From a virus: a stretch of 64,000 bases of DNA. The notes under the pieces are model-generated. The model was given only the letters and a program-made list of their open reading frames with translations. It was not told where the DNA came from and did no database searches. This document shows positions 1-8,984 of the stretch, one piece after another. Position numbers and translations under genes: made by a program. The first letter of the stretch is position 1. Each line of letters opens with the position of its first letter. The stretch spans positions 11,227 to 75,226 of the IMG/VR virus record IMGVR_UViG_3300020190_000042; one strand, 5' to 3'.

Positions 1-142
1 TCCACAACTGGTCTGAAAACGTCGCGCTGGTATTCAGTGGCTTGGGTTACACAAGCTGAGGAAAACTAAAAAGAACCTTAAGTCTCCTGATACCGGGATT
101 GCTTTCCTGTCTTCCCTTTCTACGCTTATTCAGTCATTCACA

Positions 143-931
143 GTGTTTGACATGAATTTCCAATTCTGTCTAGCCGGAACTCCTATCGAACCCCACGAAG
201 CGGTGGCTCTTCTTGAGATCGCAGCTCCTAAAGGGTCTTCAAAACCTATGATCGACATCAGCACGATCATCGACACAAAAGAGCTCAACGCTTCCAAGCT
301 TTTCGAGCTCGCCGTTTCCAAGCAGAATCAAGACCTTGCGTCGCTTGCTTGGAAGATCTCTGTCCAACAGAAGCAACCCGCGACATTCGGCGCCCCCAAA
401 CTCAAGGTTGTTTCCAGCGTCAAGGAGCCCACTCTCGAAGGGATCATCGAGCAGCTTAACGGTACCAACTCGTACTGTGCTCTTGGCACCGCGATGCTGC
501 TGAAGGCGACCAGCTTTAAGCAGTGGGTCACCCTACGCGAAACGGCGACGTATTTCGCTGGTGAGATCGTAAACAAAAAGCTTGGGTTCCCCACCTCTAA
601 GTTCTTACGCGGCTTTGAGATGGTGGAGGGTAAGCCCACGCCGATCGACCTCAGCAGCGGCATCGAGCGTAAGCATACGTTCCACGTGTCGCCGATGTAC
701 ATCGCGCTGCGCGAGGGTCTTGTGTACTGCAAGAAGCACGGCCTTGTGGAGCAAAAGCAGATGCTGTCCGTGGGCGCCCCGTACTCCAAAAACAGTTCTC
801 TGCAAATCGACAGCACTCGGCGGATCTATTACAAGATCAATTGCTCCAAGCGTGGTCTCCAACTGGTCGAAATGTGGGCGGACATGGATCGCTATATTGA
901 GAAAAATTTTGAACTGCAGGCGGTTAGCTGA
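143..931 (+). CDS. Hypothetical protein (262 aa)
   Basis: Long ORF whose stop overlaps the next start (TGATG); no motif recognised. Confidence 0.75.
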   Translation: MFDMNFQFCLAGTPIEPHEAVALLEIAAPKGSSKPMIDISTIIDTKELNASKLFELAVSKQNQDLASLAWKISVQQKQPATFGAPKLKVVSSVKEPTLEGIIEQLNGTNSYCALGTAMLLKATSFKQWVTLRETATYFAGEIVNKKLGFPTSKFLRGFEMVEGKPTPIDLSSGIERKHTFHVSPMYIALREGLVYCKKHGLVEQKQMLSVGAPYSKNSSLQIDSTRRIYYKINCSKRGLQLVEMWADMDRYIEKNFELQAVS

Positions 932-1122
932 TGGCCTCTGAGAATCCGTATGAGAACGAACTCATAGAAGCTTTAGCAGATTGTTTTTGTATTGCTGCCG
1001 AGGTTCTAGATTCTCAGTCAATCATCTGTTGCATCCAAGCAGCACTCGATCTACAAGTCAAGTATCACCAAGGTCAGTACGAACTTTTTACAGCCGTTAA
1101 AAGTTCTATAACCGAGGTCTGA
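931..1122 (+). CDS. Hypothetical protein (63 aa)
   Basis: Translationally coupled to the upstream ORF; followed by a terminator. Confidence 0.65.
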   Translation: MASENPYENELIEALADCFCIAAEVLDSQSIICCIQAALDLQVKYHQGQYELFTAVKSSITEV

Positions 1123-1132
1123 TTCCATCCAC

Positions 1133-1162
1133 GTGCGCTGCCTAAGGTGGCGCACTTTTTTT
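1133..1162 (+). terminator. Intrinsic terminator
   Basis: GTGCGCTGCC-TAA-GGTGGCGCAC stem followed by T7. Confidence 0.7.
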
Positions 1163-1168
1163 CTTCTT

Positions 1169-3061
1169 ATGGATTTTATTTACGTCGACACCGATCTCAA
1201 GTGCCAGGAAGCACTTAAAGAACTTGCTGGGTTTGAAAAAGTCGTCCTCGATACAGAGACCACGGGGCTGGACAGTTGGATCGCAAAACTGCGGTTGATC
1301 CAATTGTGCTCAGCATCAGTCGACGATATAACCAAACCCGTATACGTGTTTGATGCTTTTAAAATTAATATAGAACCTGTGTGTCGCTATATCGAATCAC
1401 GTAAAACTCTGGTAATTCACAATGCAAACTTTGACCTACAGTTTTTATATTCGGTAGGCTGCGATTTTAAGGGGAACATCTTTTGTACATACGTCGCTGA
1501 ACGCATCCTGCGGGCAGGTTTTAAAGAGAAACGAATCGCGCCTCAAACAAAGAAACCTTATTTTGCGGACGTTTCGTGTGGCCTTAAAGCTGTTGCCGAA
1601 CGCAGGTTAGAAATCGAAATTTCAAAAGAAGAGCAGGTTAGTGATTGGGGAGCAGAAGTCCTTACAGAAAGTCAACTTGAATATGCGGCTAAAGATGTTC
1701 GCATCCTACCGTTGATCGCTAAGCAACAGTTTGAAGAACTTAAAGAGGAGAATCTGTTAGGGCTTTATTCGATCGAGAGCAAGTGCATCCGCCCCGTGGC
1801 ACAGATGTGTAAACGAGGGTTCAGTGTAGATATCGCAAAATTAAAAAAACTAAAAATCAAAATAGAAACTGAACTTAACAACAAAACCGAAGAGTTTGTA
1901 ATGCAGTTAGACGCGCGATTACTTGATGATAGGAAGCTTCCAAGGAGAGACGACGGAAGCTTAGCCATAGGTAAAAAACGTGCAAAAGAGTTTAATCCAA
2001 GCAGCCCTGCTCAGTTGATTGCAGCATTTACTGAATGTAGTATCGACTTACCGGTTGATCAAAAAACCGAGAAGACGACTTTAAATCAAGTAGCTCTTGC
2101 TGAATTCGATAGCGAAGATCCCACGCTAAGGCTGTACCGGGAACGAGCCAAGGTAGAAACACGTTTAGAACACGTAAATAAACTTCTCGATAATGTAAAT
2201 CCTGTATCGCATAGGCTGCACTCAGGATATAACCAAGTAGGAGCAAACTCTGGTCGTTTTACAAGCAGCGGCGCTCCTAAAACAGCTAAAACAAAAACTA
2301 AAAGTATTTTTAGTGTAAATATCCAACAAGTACCCCGATCAAAAGACTTCCGAGAGACGTTTGTCGCAGCACCCGGGTTCAAATTAGTTATCTGTGACTG
2401 GGCTCAGATTGAGTTGCGGTTAGGCGCTGAACTGATCAACATACCTCAAATGAAGAAAGCATTTATTGAAGAAATTGACCTACATACACTTACGGCTAGT
2501 TTGATTTATAAAAAACAGATACAGGACGTAACAAAAGATGAGCGTCAAGATGGTAAAACACTTAACTTTGCCCTGTTGTACGGCATGGGCTACAGGAAGT
2601 ACAAAACATATGCTGCGCAAAGCGGCAAAATAATCTCTTTATCAGAGGCAAAGGTCGCCCACACAGGTTTCCACGCTGCTTACCCGCGTTTGAGGATCTG
2701 GCACCAGGAGCGAGCTGCATTAGTGGCGGATGGATGGACCTATACCAGAACTGCCTGCGGGCGGCGACGGTTGCTGAGCTACGACGACGCCACAATGATG
2801 TGCAGCGCAAATACTCTGATTCAAGGTTCGGGCGCCGACATCCTAAAAATTGCAATAGCGCAATTAAGTGAGCACCTTAACGAAGACGCATATTTAGTAG
2901 CGTGTGTTCACGATGAACTTGTCCTTGAAGTACGTGAGAACCTTGCGGAAGAGTATAAAAAAATACTGGAGTTGATTATGATCCAAGCCGCACAAAATGT
3001 ATTAAGATCTGTTCCAGCATCAGCAGATGCCAGTGTCGGCGACTCTTGGGCCGCTAAATAG
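1169..3061 (+). CDS. polA: DNA polymerase family A (3'-5' exonuclease + polymerase, no 5'-3' exonuclease)
   Basis: ExoI VLDTETTG, ExoII HNANFDL, ExoIII YAAKD; motif A CDWAQIELR, motif B RQDGKTLNFALLYG, motif C VHDE; start taken at ATG 1169 after the terminator. Confidence 0.96.
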   Translation: MDFIYVDTDLKCQEALKELAGFEKVVLDTETTGLDSWIAKLRLIQLCSASVDDITKPVYVFDAFKINIEPVCRYIESRKTLVIHNANFDLQFLYSVGCDFKGNIFCTYVAERILRAGFKEKRIAPQTKKPYFADVSCGLKAVAERRLEIEISKEEQVSDWGAEVLTESQLEYAAKDVRILPLIAKQQFEELKEENLLGLYSIESKCIRPVAQMCKRGFSVDIAKLKKLKIKIETELNNKTEEFVMQLDARLLDDRKLPRRDDGSLAIGKKRAKEFNPSSPAQLIAAFTECSIDLPVDQKTEKTTLNQVALAEFDSEDPTLRLYRERAKVETRLEHVNKLLDNVNPVSHRLHSGYNQVGANSGRFTSSGAPKTAKTKTKSIFSVNIQQVPRSKDFRETFVAAPGFKLVICDWAQIELRLGAELINIPQMKKAFIEEIDLHTLTASLIYKKQIQDVTKDERQDGKTLNFALLYGMGYRKYKTYAAQSGKIISLSEAKVAHTGFHAAYPRLRIWHQERAALVADGWTYTRTACGRRRLLSYDDATMMCSANTLIQGSGADILKIAIAQLSEHLNEDAYLVACVHDELVLEVRENLAEEYKKILELIMIQAAQNVLRSVPASADASVGDSWAAK

Positions 3062-3062
3062 A

Positions 3063-3560
3063 ATGGACTTACTTAAGATCCCCAAAAACCCCGAAAAGGA
3101 AGTGTTTACCGTAAAACACAACGGCAGTTACTACGCTGTTATTACGGGAGATGATGTGCTTTATGTGAGCCCGGAAGTATTTGATTCCCCTTTAAAAGCT
3201 AGTAACCACGCTCGGTCGATAAAACGACAGCACAAGATCGACGTAAAGATTAAAAAAGACCAAAAACCTGAGGTGTTAAATAATAAGACTAAAATACCTA
3301 GGAAAAATAAACTCTACACTGAAGCCGAAATGGCCTCGGAAACACAATTAAAGTTTCGTGAGGTCTGGATTATCCTTGACTCATGGGGTCGCTATGCCAA
3401 AACTATTATAAAGAACAACACCGTGGTGGAGTACGCCTCAAATAAGGAGAAAGCCCAACGGTTTAGCAGTTATGAGGAAGCCATTCTTCAATTAAAAACT
3501 TTAGATATGGTCGTCAAACGCGGGCATAAACTTCAGCGATTTTTCGAACGTAAAGATTGA
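3063..3560 (+). CDS. Hypothetical protein
   Basis: ATG directly after the polA stop; no motif recognised. Confidence 0.7.
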   Translation: MDLLKIPKNPEKEVFTVKHNGSYYAVITGDDVLYVSPEVFDSPLKASNHARSIKRQHKIDVKIKKDQKPEVLNNKTKIPRKNKLYTEAEMASETQLKFREVWIILDSWGRYAKTIIKNNTVVEYASNKEKAQRFSSYEEAILQLKTLDMVVKRGHKLQRFFERKD

Positions 3561-3617
3561 CGCGATGAAACCGCTAAGCTAAAGCAGTATAATCAATAAA
3601 GATCCGGCTTTTAACTA

Positions 3618-4487
3618 ATGGCTCGCCGTCGTTATAACCTTGATTTTGCTGGACAGTCTTTCGGGTTTGAACTGCCCTCAGTTACCGAAGAAGACGGCGA
3701 GACGAAAACGGAATCAGTTTTAGCAGATTACTTCCCAGAAATTAAATTTTCCTTCGGCTCAAAAACCCAGCGAGGGGGTCGTTTAGGGCGCGCTGCTACT
3801 CAGGTTACTCCTGAACTTATGTTGAAACAAAAAGAAGTTGCGACTCTGGGAGGAGGTGGTCCAATTACCGTTGCCCCAACTTTTACTAATACTTTTACTC
3901 CTCCTCCTGCGGCTCCGGCGCCCGCACCGGTTCAAGAGGCTCCGAAACCGTCCCGACCTGCGATCTCAACGGCTTATGGCGTGAGCTCAAAGTATTTCGG
4001 TCACGAAGACTATTTCAGGAATTTAGAAGCTGGTTATACTCCTGCTGAATTAAAAGAATACATCATCAAAAATGAACAACTCCTCAACCCTGAGTCTTCC
4101 AATGTACGAGGTGGTGGAGGTCTATTTGATCAGATCATGAAGGGTCAAGTGCAAGTACAAACCGGTCTCCCTACCACGCCTGTTACTCTTAAAACAGAAT
4201 CGGCTCCTTCTGCGCCGCCTGCTCCTAAGTTTGAAAATCCTTTACAAACCCAGTCTTTTGTGTCAGCTCCGCAAACCCCTCAGCCACGGGGTGAAATCTC
4301 TACTAAGTACGGTATTGACCCAACCTATTTCGGTGGGGAAGACGTGACAGCAGCTAAATCAATGGGTTACAGTGCTGGAGAAATCCTAGATTACATTGAA
4401 CGCACTAAAGCTCCGTTGCGTGGTACTCATGTTCGTGGTGGCGGTGGGCTTTACGATCAGCTTATGAAAGAAGCCGGACGCGCATAA
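3618..4487 (+). CDS. Hypothetical Pro-rich protein with a duplicated ~60-aa domain
   Basis: Two copies of IST.YG....YFG.ED......GY...E...YI...VRGGGGL.DQ.MK; TATAAT upstream. Confidence 0.8.
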   Translation: MARRRYNLDFAGQSFGFELPSVTEEDGETKTESVLADYFPEIKFSFGSKTQRGGRLGRAATQVTPELMLKQKEVATLGGGGPITVAPTFTNTFTPPPAAPAPAPVQEAPKPSRPAISTAYGVSSKYFGHEDYFRNLEAGYTPAELKEYIIKNEQLLNPESSNVRGGGGLFDQIMKGQVQVQTGLPTTPVTLKTESAPSAPPAPKFENPLQTQSFVSAPQTPQPRGEISTKYGIDPTYFGGEDVTAAKSMGYSAGEILDYIERTKAPLRGTHVRGGGGLYDQLMKEAGRA

Positions 4488-4496
4488 TTTAAAATT

Positions 4497-5060
4497 TTGA
4501 GCGGACAATATACTCTTCTTCTGCGGCACAAAAAGACAAAACTATTAACACCTATTCAAGCAATCGATACAAACCACGCGCAAGCGCAGGCGCAAGATAT
4601 TGCACGTGCTCTTAATATAAGCGAATTAGAACTTACGTATGAGCAACATGAAGGCAATGAACTTTCGATATTGTTCGAAAAGCTTGCTTTAAATACTTTT
4701 AACCATAAAGACTGCGATTTATGGACAGGAAAAGTTACAAATAACTGCCCGTGCGTCTATGCGTTCGGCAAACGATTTTATGTTAGAGACATAATACTTA
4801 GATATTTAAATATTCCCAAAGATAAAAGTGTGGCTAAGCCCAGTTGTAAAAATAAAAACTGTGTAAATCCATATCATTTTGAATATCACGAGAATCAAAA
4901 TTCGAAATTAACTTGCGGCGACACGAAACTGCTCCTAGCGTACCGAAGCCAAGGCGTCCGGATTGACCAGATCGCTAAGGCCCTTAACGTCCACCGTTCG
5001 ACCGTCTACCGCAAACTGAAGCATGAACGTCTTTCTATTGGGGCTTCGAATCACAGCTGA
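4497..5060 (+). CDS. Degenerate HNH/His-Me Zn-loop protein with C-terminal HTH
   Basis: CDLWTG...CKNKNCVNPYH; HTH IDQIAKALNVHRSTVYRKL; catalytic His absent. Confidence 0.7.
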   Translation: MSGQYTLLLRHKKTKLLTPIQAIDTNHAQAQAQDIARALNISELELTYEQHEGNELSILFEKLALNTFNHKDCDLWTGKVTNNCPCVYAFGKRFYVRDIILRYLNIPKDKSVAKPSCKNKNCVNPYHFEYHENQNSKLTCGDTKLLLAYRSQGVRIDQIAKALNVHRSTVYRKLKHERLSIGASNHS

Positions 5061-5667
5061 GGCTCAAGAAGATGATGGAACTCTCAACGTACTCGCTGAG
5101 GCGCTTCCTTCAAATGACAAACGTGTCGCAACCAAAGTCCAATTAATCCAACAAAAAAATCATTACGTTGGCAAGCTTTTAAAAAACCTCAAAGCTGACG
5201 ACACTGTATTAGCCATTGGCCCGACCCGTCCAACTCCGGACGGCGTTCTGCAGATGCAGCCCATGCTCGTGGTGACCAAGGAGAACTTCGATGATCTCCT
5301 TGCCATCAATCTCTTTATGGCCACGGGTGGTTTGGGTCCCAAGGCAGAGGAAGTTGAGCTCGGCGATACGACCGTAACCAACCGATCTCTGGCATGGCAA
5401 TCCGAAAACTCTGAAACCAACTGGTTCAAGCTGACCGGCTGGGCAGAACTTTCCAAACAACTTGCTGAACTCTCGCCCGGAACACCGACAATTGCAGTCG
5501 GTAAAGTTTCCACGAGTGAGAAAGACGAAAAACTTTATCTCAACTACAACGTTGACAAAATTCTGTATTTACCCAAATCAACTAAATCTGCACCTAAAAA
5601 AGCTGCAGACCCTGAGAAGGGTAAAGTAGCCGCCGCTGCTATCGGTTCGATTGATTTTTCGCTCTGA
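5023..5667 (+). CDS. Single-stranded DNA-binding protein-like, probably tandem OB folds
   Basis: ETNWFKLTGWAELSKQLAELSPGTPTIAVGKV resembles the SSB OB fold; lies in the replication module. Confidence 0.65.
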   Translation: MNVFLLGLRITAEAQEDDGTLNVLAEALPSNDKRVATKVQLIQQKNHYVGKLLKNLKADDTVLAIGPTRPTPDGVLQMQPMLVVTKENFDDLLAINLFMATGGLGPKAEEVELGDTTVTNRSLAWQSENSETNWFKLTGWAELSKQLAELSPGTPTIAVGKVSTSEKDEKLYLNYNVDKILYLPKSTKSAPKKAADPEKGKVAAAAIGSIDFSL

Positions 5668-5676
5668 TTTACGACC

Positions 5677-6498
5677 ATGGTTTTCATTGCCGGCCAATTT
5701 TCTGCGGACGAAATTCTCTGTAATGTTCCGCCGCACACTCTCAGGATCGATCTTCAAGCCCGCCGTTGGAAGTCTGACGTAGACCCTGACAGCGCCATTG
5801 TCGATAAAAACGACAATGGTATTCCCATCGAGTTTATTCTGCTGGGTTTTACACCCTACTTTGGAAATCTTGGACTTCGTAATCAAGAGGAGTTCTTGCG
5901 GATCGCTTACGTGGGTGTCAGCCCTAACCACAGGCTGCTGCCGCCTCGGTGCGTTACGACCTCAATGATCTCAGGTAAGTCTTCTCAGAAGAACTTCATC
6001 AGTTATTTTCAGACTTTGTATAACAACAGGATTAACTGTGCCTCTGTGATTACTGCTTGCAAGTTTGTTACTCGCAGCTTTAACGAAAGGGATCCCGTCA
6101 CCGGAGCTGACGGCGCCAAAATCAACTTCAACGCACTCGAATTCTCCGACCGCCCCGCTGCGAGCGAAGAAGAAAAAAACCTAATCGAAGACGTAAATGC
6201 TTGGCTTTCCGACAAGGGCACACCGCTCATCACAGCAGCGCTCAAGTCTCACATTCCTGGATCGGATCTGGTTGAACTTCCACTTGGGTCAGATCACACG
6301 GAGATTAAGGCCCAGTTTGCTGCAACGCGTGGGGCGCCGGCTGATCGTTCTTTGCCTTCAGCTAATGTTGCTAGCAAAGCTCTTAAAGCTGCTAGTGTGG
6401 ATGATGATGCTGAAGTCAGCGCGCCGCCTTCGCCAAAGACTAAAAAGGCGGTTGAACTGACCGAAGAGCAAGCGAAAGCTTTGGGTCTCGACTTCTAA
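5677..6498 (+). CDS. Hypothetical replication/recombination protein
   Basis: 273 aa directly after the SSB-like gene; flexible tail ending LGLDF; followed by a terminator. Confidence 0.75.
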   Translation: MVFIAGQFSADEILCNVPPHTLRIDLQARRWKSDVDPDSAIVDKNDNGIPIEFILLGFTPYFGNLGLRNQEEFLRIAYVGVSPNHRLLPPRCVTTSMISGKSSQKNFISYFQTLYNNRINCASVITACKFVTRSFNERDPVTGADGAKINFNALEFSDRPAASEEEKNLIEDVNAWLSDKGTPLITAALKSHIPGSDLVELPLGSDHTEIKAQFAATRGAPADRSLPSANVASKALKAASVDDDAEVSAPPSPKTKKAVELTEEQAKALGLDF

Positions 6499-6515
6499 AC
6501 CTTTAAAAAAAGTTC

Positions 6516-6542
6516 AAGGGGTCGTAAGCGACCCCTTTTTTT
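6516..6542 (+). terminator. Intrinsic terminator
   Basis: AAGGGGTCG-TAAG-CGACCCCTT followed by a T run. Confidence 0.85.
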
Positions 6543-6956
6543 ATGAAACGTAAGCTTGTGCGGTCAAAAGTTGGTTCCTATTGGTGTTCGCTTTACGCCA
6601 ATCAGATTGAATCGGATGTTTGGAACATAGGTCTCATCGTTAATAAATCCAAGCGGGCAAGTAACGACTGGTTTGAGCGGCGTCAAAACAAACGAAGCCG
6701 AAGAGCAGCAAGCGAACGAAAGAAAAAATCTCTAAGGCAATTTAAAAGTTGCGTAGACAACCTCTTCGTCTTGCTACGTCAGCTCCCCGCAGGTGTCCAC
6801 GCGGTGATAATTAATGATTTTCAGAAGGCCAGAGCGCTGTCCAAATATGTTGAGCGCTTTGGTTTTATGCCGATTCCGAAGGGTGATCAGCTTGTGTGGG
6901 TTCTAACAGCTCAGAAAAGGGAGGAAGTTCTACGCCCGTCCAAACACACCACCTAA
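6543..6956 (+). CDS. Hypothetical basic protein
   Basis: 137-aa ORF; 3' end overlaps the convergent nblA-like gene. Confidence 0.6.
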   Translation: MKRKLVRSKVGSYWCSLYANQIESDVWNIGLIVNKSKRASNDWFERRQNKRSRRAASERKKKSLRQFKSCVDNLFVLLRQLPAGVHAVIINDFQKARALSKYVERFGFMPIPKGDQLVWVLTAQKREEVLRPSKHTT

Positions 6957-7110
6957 CTAACTGAGAAAATAAATGCCCCTTGAGTTGGTACTGCTGGTGG
7001 ATTGCCTCAAAGATCTCTAACAAATCATCTTTATCTAACTTACGGGCATCCATCATTACGCGCTGGTGCATAAAACTCTGCTCAGGCGTAAACCACTCAA
7101 GATTTAACAT
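6865..7110 (-). CDS. nblA: NblA-like phycobilisome degradation adaptor (copy 1)
   Basis: FTPEQSFMHQRVMMDARKLDKDDLLEIFEAIHQQYQLKGHLFSQLV fits the NblA pattern L[ST]xEQxF...helix-loop-helix; start ATG 7110 (or 7143). Confidence 0.65.
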   Translation of the reverse strand: MLNLEWFTPEQSFMHQRVMMDARKLDKDDLLEIFEAIHQQYQLKGHLFSQLVRWCVWTGVELPPFSELLEPTQADHPSESA

Positions 7111-7203
7111 AATCTTTAGAGCGTACATAGCTACTTTAGTCATTATTTACTGGACGCGCCCGACTGGACTGGCTAAGCTCAGCAGACCCTGATTTCCCGG
7201 GTA

Positions 7204-7743
7204 GTGGACGACTTCTACAGCATCCCAAACGGCGTGACTCACGCGCTAATAAAACACAGTTACATCACAGGTAAAATTCTTGTTCCTCACGATCCACTCG
7301 GCGTCTTAAGCGACCAGCTTCAATCTCATAACTACACCGTTATCAGGAACGAAGACGAAAGCAACCTGACCGATCCGATATGGTGGGTCTCGGAAAAACA
7401 GAAGGGTTATGACTGGGTAGTCGCCTGCACTATGGGTCTGCCTCAGTACAGCGAATACATCCTCGAATACGGAATCCAGATTGCGACTCAGGGCATCGCA
7501 GTATTGGATCGGCTTTCGTTCATTGAACCTGTCGCCCGACGCAAGACGTTCTTGCTGAAGAACAAGCTCAGCAACATGATCGTGCTCAATCCACGCCCGA
7601 AGTTCAGAGCAATGGGTAGCACTAGAGACTCAGTAACTAGCTGCTGGTTTTTATTCCAAACTCCCGAAACCTGGCGCGATGGCACTCAAGTGACATTTGG
7701 CTTAGATTGGGACCGCGTTGATCCGTTGCCTCCTTTAGAGTAA
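7204..7743 (+). CDS. DNA methyltransferase-like protein with degenerate motifs
   Basis: DFYSIP, DWVV, LDRLSFIEP, DSVTSCWF match a small phage amino-MTase family, but the SAM loop reads VPHDPLG and the NPPF position reads CTMG. Confidence 0.6.
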   Translation: MDDFYSIPNGVTHALIKHSYITGKILVPHDPLGVLSDQLQSHNYTVIRNEDESNLTDPIWWVSEKQKGYDWVVACTMGLPQYSEYILEYGIQIATQGIAVLDRLSFIEPVARRKTFLLKNKLSNMIVLNPRPKFRAMGSTRDSVTSCWFLFQTPETWRDGTQVTFGLDWDRVDPLPPLE

Positions 7744-8108
7744 TGACATCAAGATCACATAAGTTCGAGGCATTTCAGAAGTCCATCTTTGAGCAACTGA
7801 TAGAAACCAACGCCAAACTTGACAAGATCTGTGCTTTATTGGTTTCCAATCAGCTCTTACAAGAATGCGTATCCCCTGAGGGAGAAGCTCGATCTGCCGT
7901 TGACTGCGCGGAGATTGTTACTGAAAGTTTTTGCGCAGGCATGTGCCTCTCCGAAGACCTGAATTCACGCAGCAAAGAATTCGAATATCAGAAATCTGAA
8001 TTCTTTGTGGACTCAGATGAAGACGAAAAGATTGAAGAAGACAGCGAAGAACATAATGACGATGATGATAACTCTCCGCCGCGACACCCTTCTCTGACTT
8101 TTAGATAA
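7743..8108 (+). CDS. Hypothetical protein with acidic C-terminus
   Basis: Coupled ORF (TAATG). Confidence 0.7.
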   Translation: MTSRSHKFEAFQKSIFEQLIETNAKLDKICALLVSNQLLQECVSPEGEARSAVDCAEIVTESFCAGMCLSEDLNSRSKEFEYQKSEFFVDSDEDEKIEEDSEEHNDDDDNSPPRHPSLTFR

Positions 8109-8144
8109 AAACAAGTTAGTATCTGTTTAATTCGACACAAATTT

Positions 8145-8924
8145 GTGTCTCAAACACGGCTAACTCTTAAGGGTCTACGGCACTACAATTGCGCTGGTGT
8201 TCCAAAACCGCTACCTTCGGTAACGAGCATTTTATCGGCCACGCAATCGGAGGAGACGCGTAAAAAACTTGCGCACTGGAACATCATGAATCCAGGTGCG
8301 CTTGAAAACGCTGCTGCGCGTGGGACATTCATCCACAACGCGGTCGAAAATTGGATACGCGGGTTGCGTGTCGAACCGCCGCGTGAGTACATGCCCTACT
8401 GGGAAGGGATGCCGGCAAAACTAGAGGAGTTGCTAAACGAAGGCAAGGTCCTTTGGTCCGAAAAACCCTACAACCAGCCTCAATGGTCCCGCTATACGGG
8501 TGAGGATGGCGTGGGTCGAATCCATTACTACGACAAAAACACCGGCTATGGTTACGCCGGTTGCTGCGATATTATTTACGTTGACGGAAACGGGGAGATA
8601 ATTCTGGGGGATTTTAAAACCTCAGCTGGTCCGTACAGTTATCGGTTCCCACGTGCAGACTCAAAGCTCGACGATAAAACTCGTAAAGCTTTGATCTCAG
8701 GAGTCTTCAAACTTAAGAAAACCCAGCTTCAATTAGCAGCATATAAGATTGCTGCCGAGAGTTGTTTAGGTATAAAGATTGATAAGACTCAAATTATTGT
8801 CTCAACTCCGAGCCCAGAATATTCCGTTCAAGTATTTACTTTCGGTAAGAACGATGTGGAAAAACACGAGGTTCAGTGGATGGAAGTCATCAAACAATTT
8901 TACGAATTACAAAAAGCGATTTAA
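8145..8924 (+). CDS. PD-(D/E)XK exonuclease (phage Cas4/RecB-like)
   Basis: PSVTSIL, RGTFIH, SEKP, GCCDII, GDFKTS, QLAAY. Confidence 0.88.
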   Translation: MSQTRLTLKGLRHYNCAGVPKPLPSVTSILSATQSEETRKKLAHWNIMNPGALENAAARGTFIHNAVENWIRGLRVEPPREYMPYWEGMPAKLEELLNEGKVLWSEKPYNQPQWSRYTGEDGVGRIHYYDKNTGYGYAGCCDIIYVDGNGEIILGDFKTSAGPYSYRFPRADSKLDDKTRKALISGVFKLKKTQLQLAAYKIAAESCLGIKIDKTQIIVSTPSPEYSVQVFTFGKNDVEKHEVQWMEVIKQFYELQKAI

Positions 8925-8984
8925 AGGTTTCTTCTGTGGCCACGCGGGGTCGCGCGTGTCACAATAGCGGGGCGGGATCAAGCG

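Noticed and set aside
1133-1168. N-terminal extension of PolA from GTG 1133
   Set aside because: The segment is a terminator hairpin plus T run; ATG 1169 fits the exonuclease domain start
1169-3061. PolA as a DpoZ / 2-aminoadenine genome system
   Set aside because: No purZ, datZ or mazZ-like gene recognisable in the window
7123-7134. GTACATAGCTAC upstream of nblA copy 1 as an NtcA box
   Set aside because: Spacing is GTA-N6-TAC, not N8
8145-8924. Cas4-like nuclease as evidence of CRISPR-Cas
   Set aside because: No repeat-spacer array or other cas genes seen; typical stand-alone phage exonuclease in a replication module
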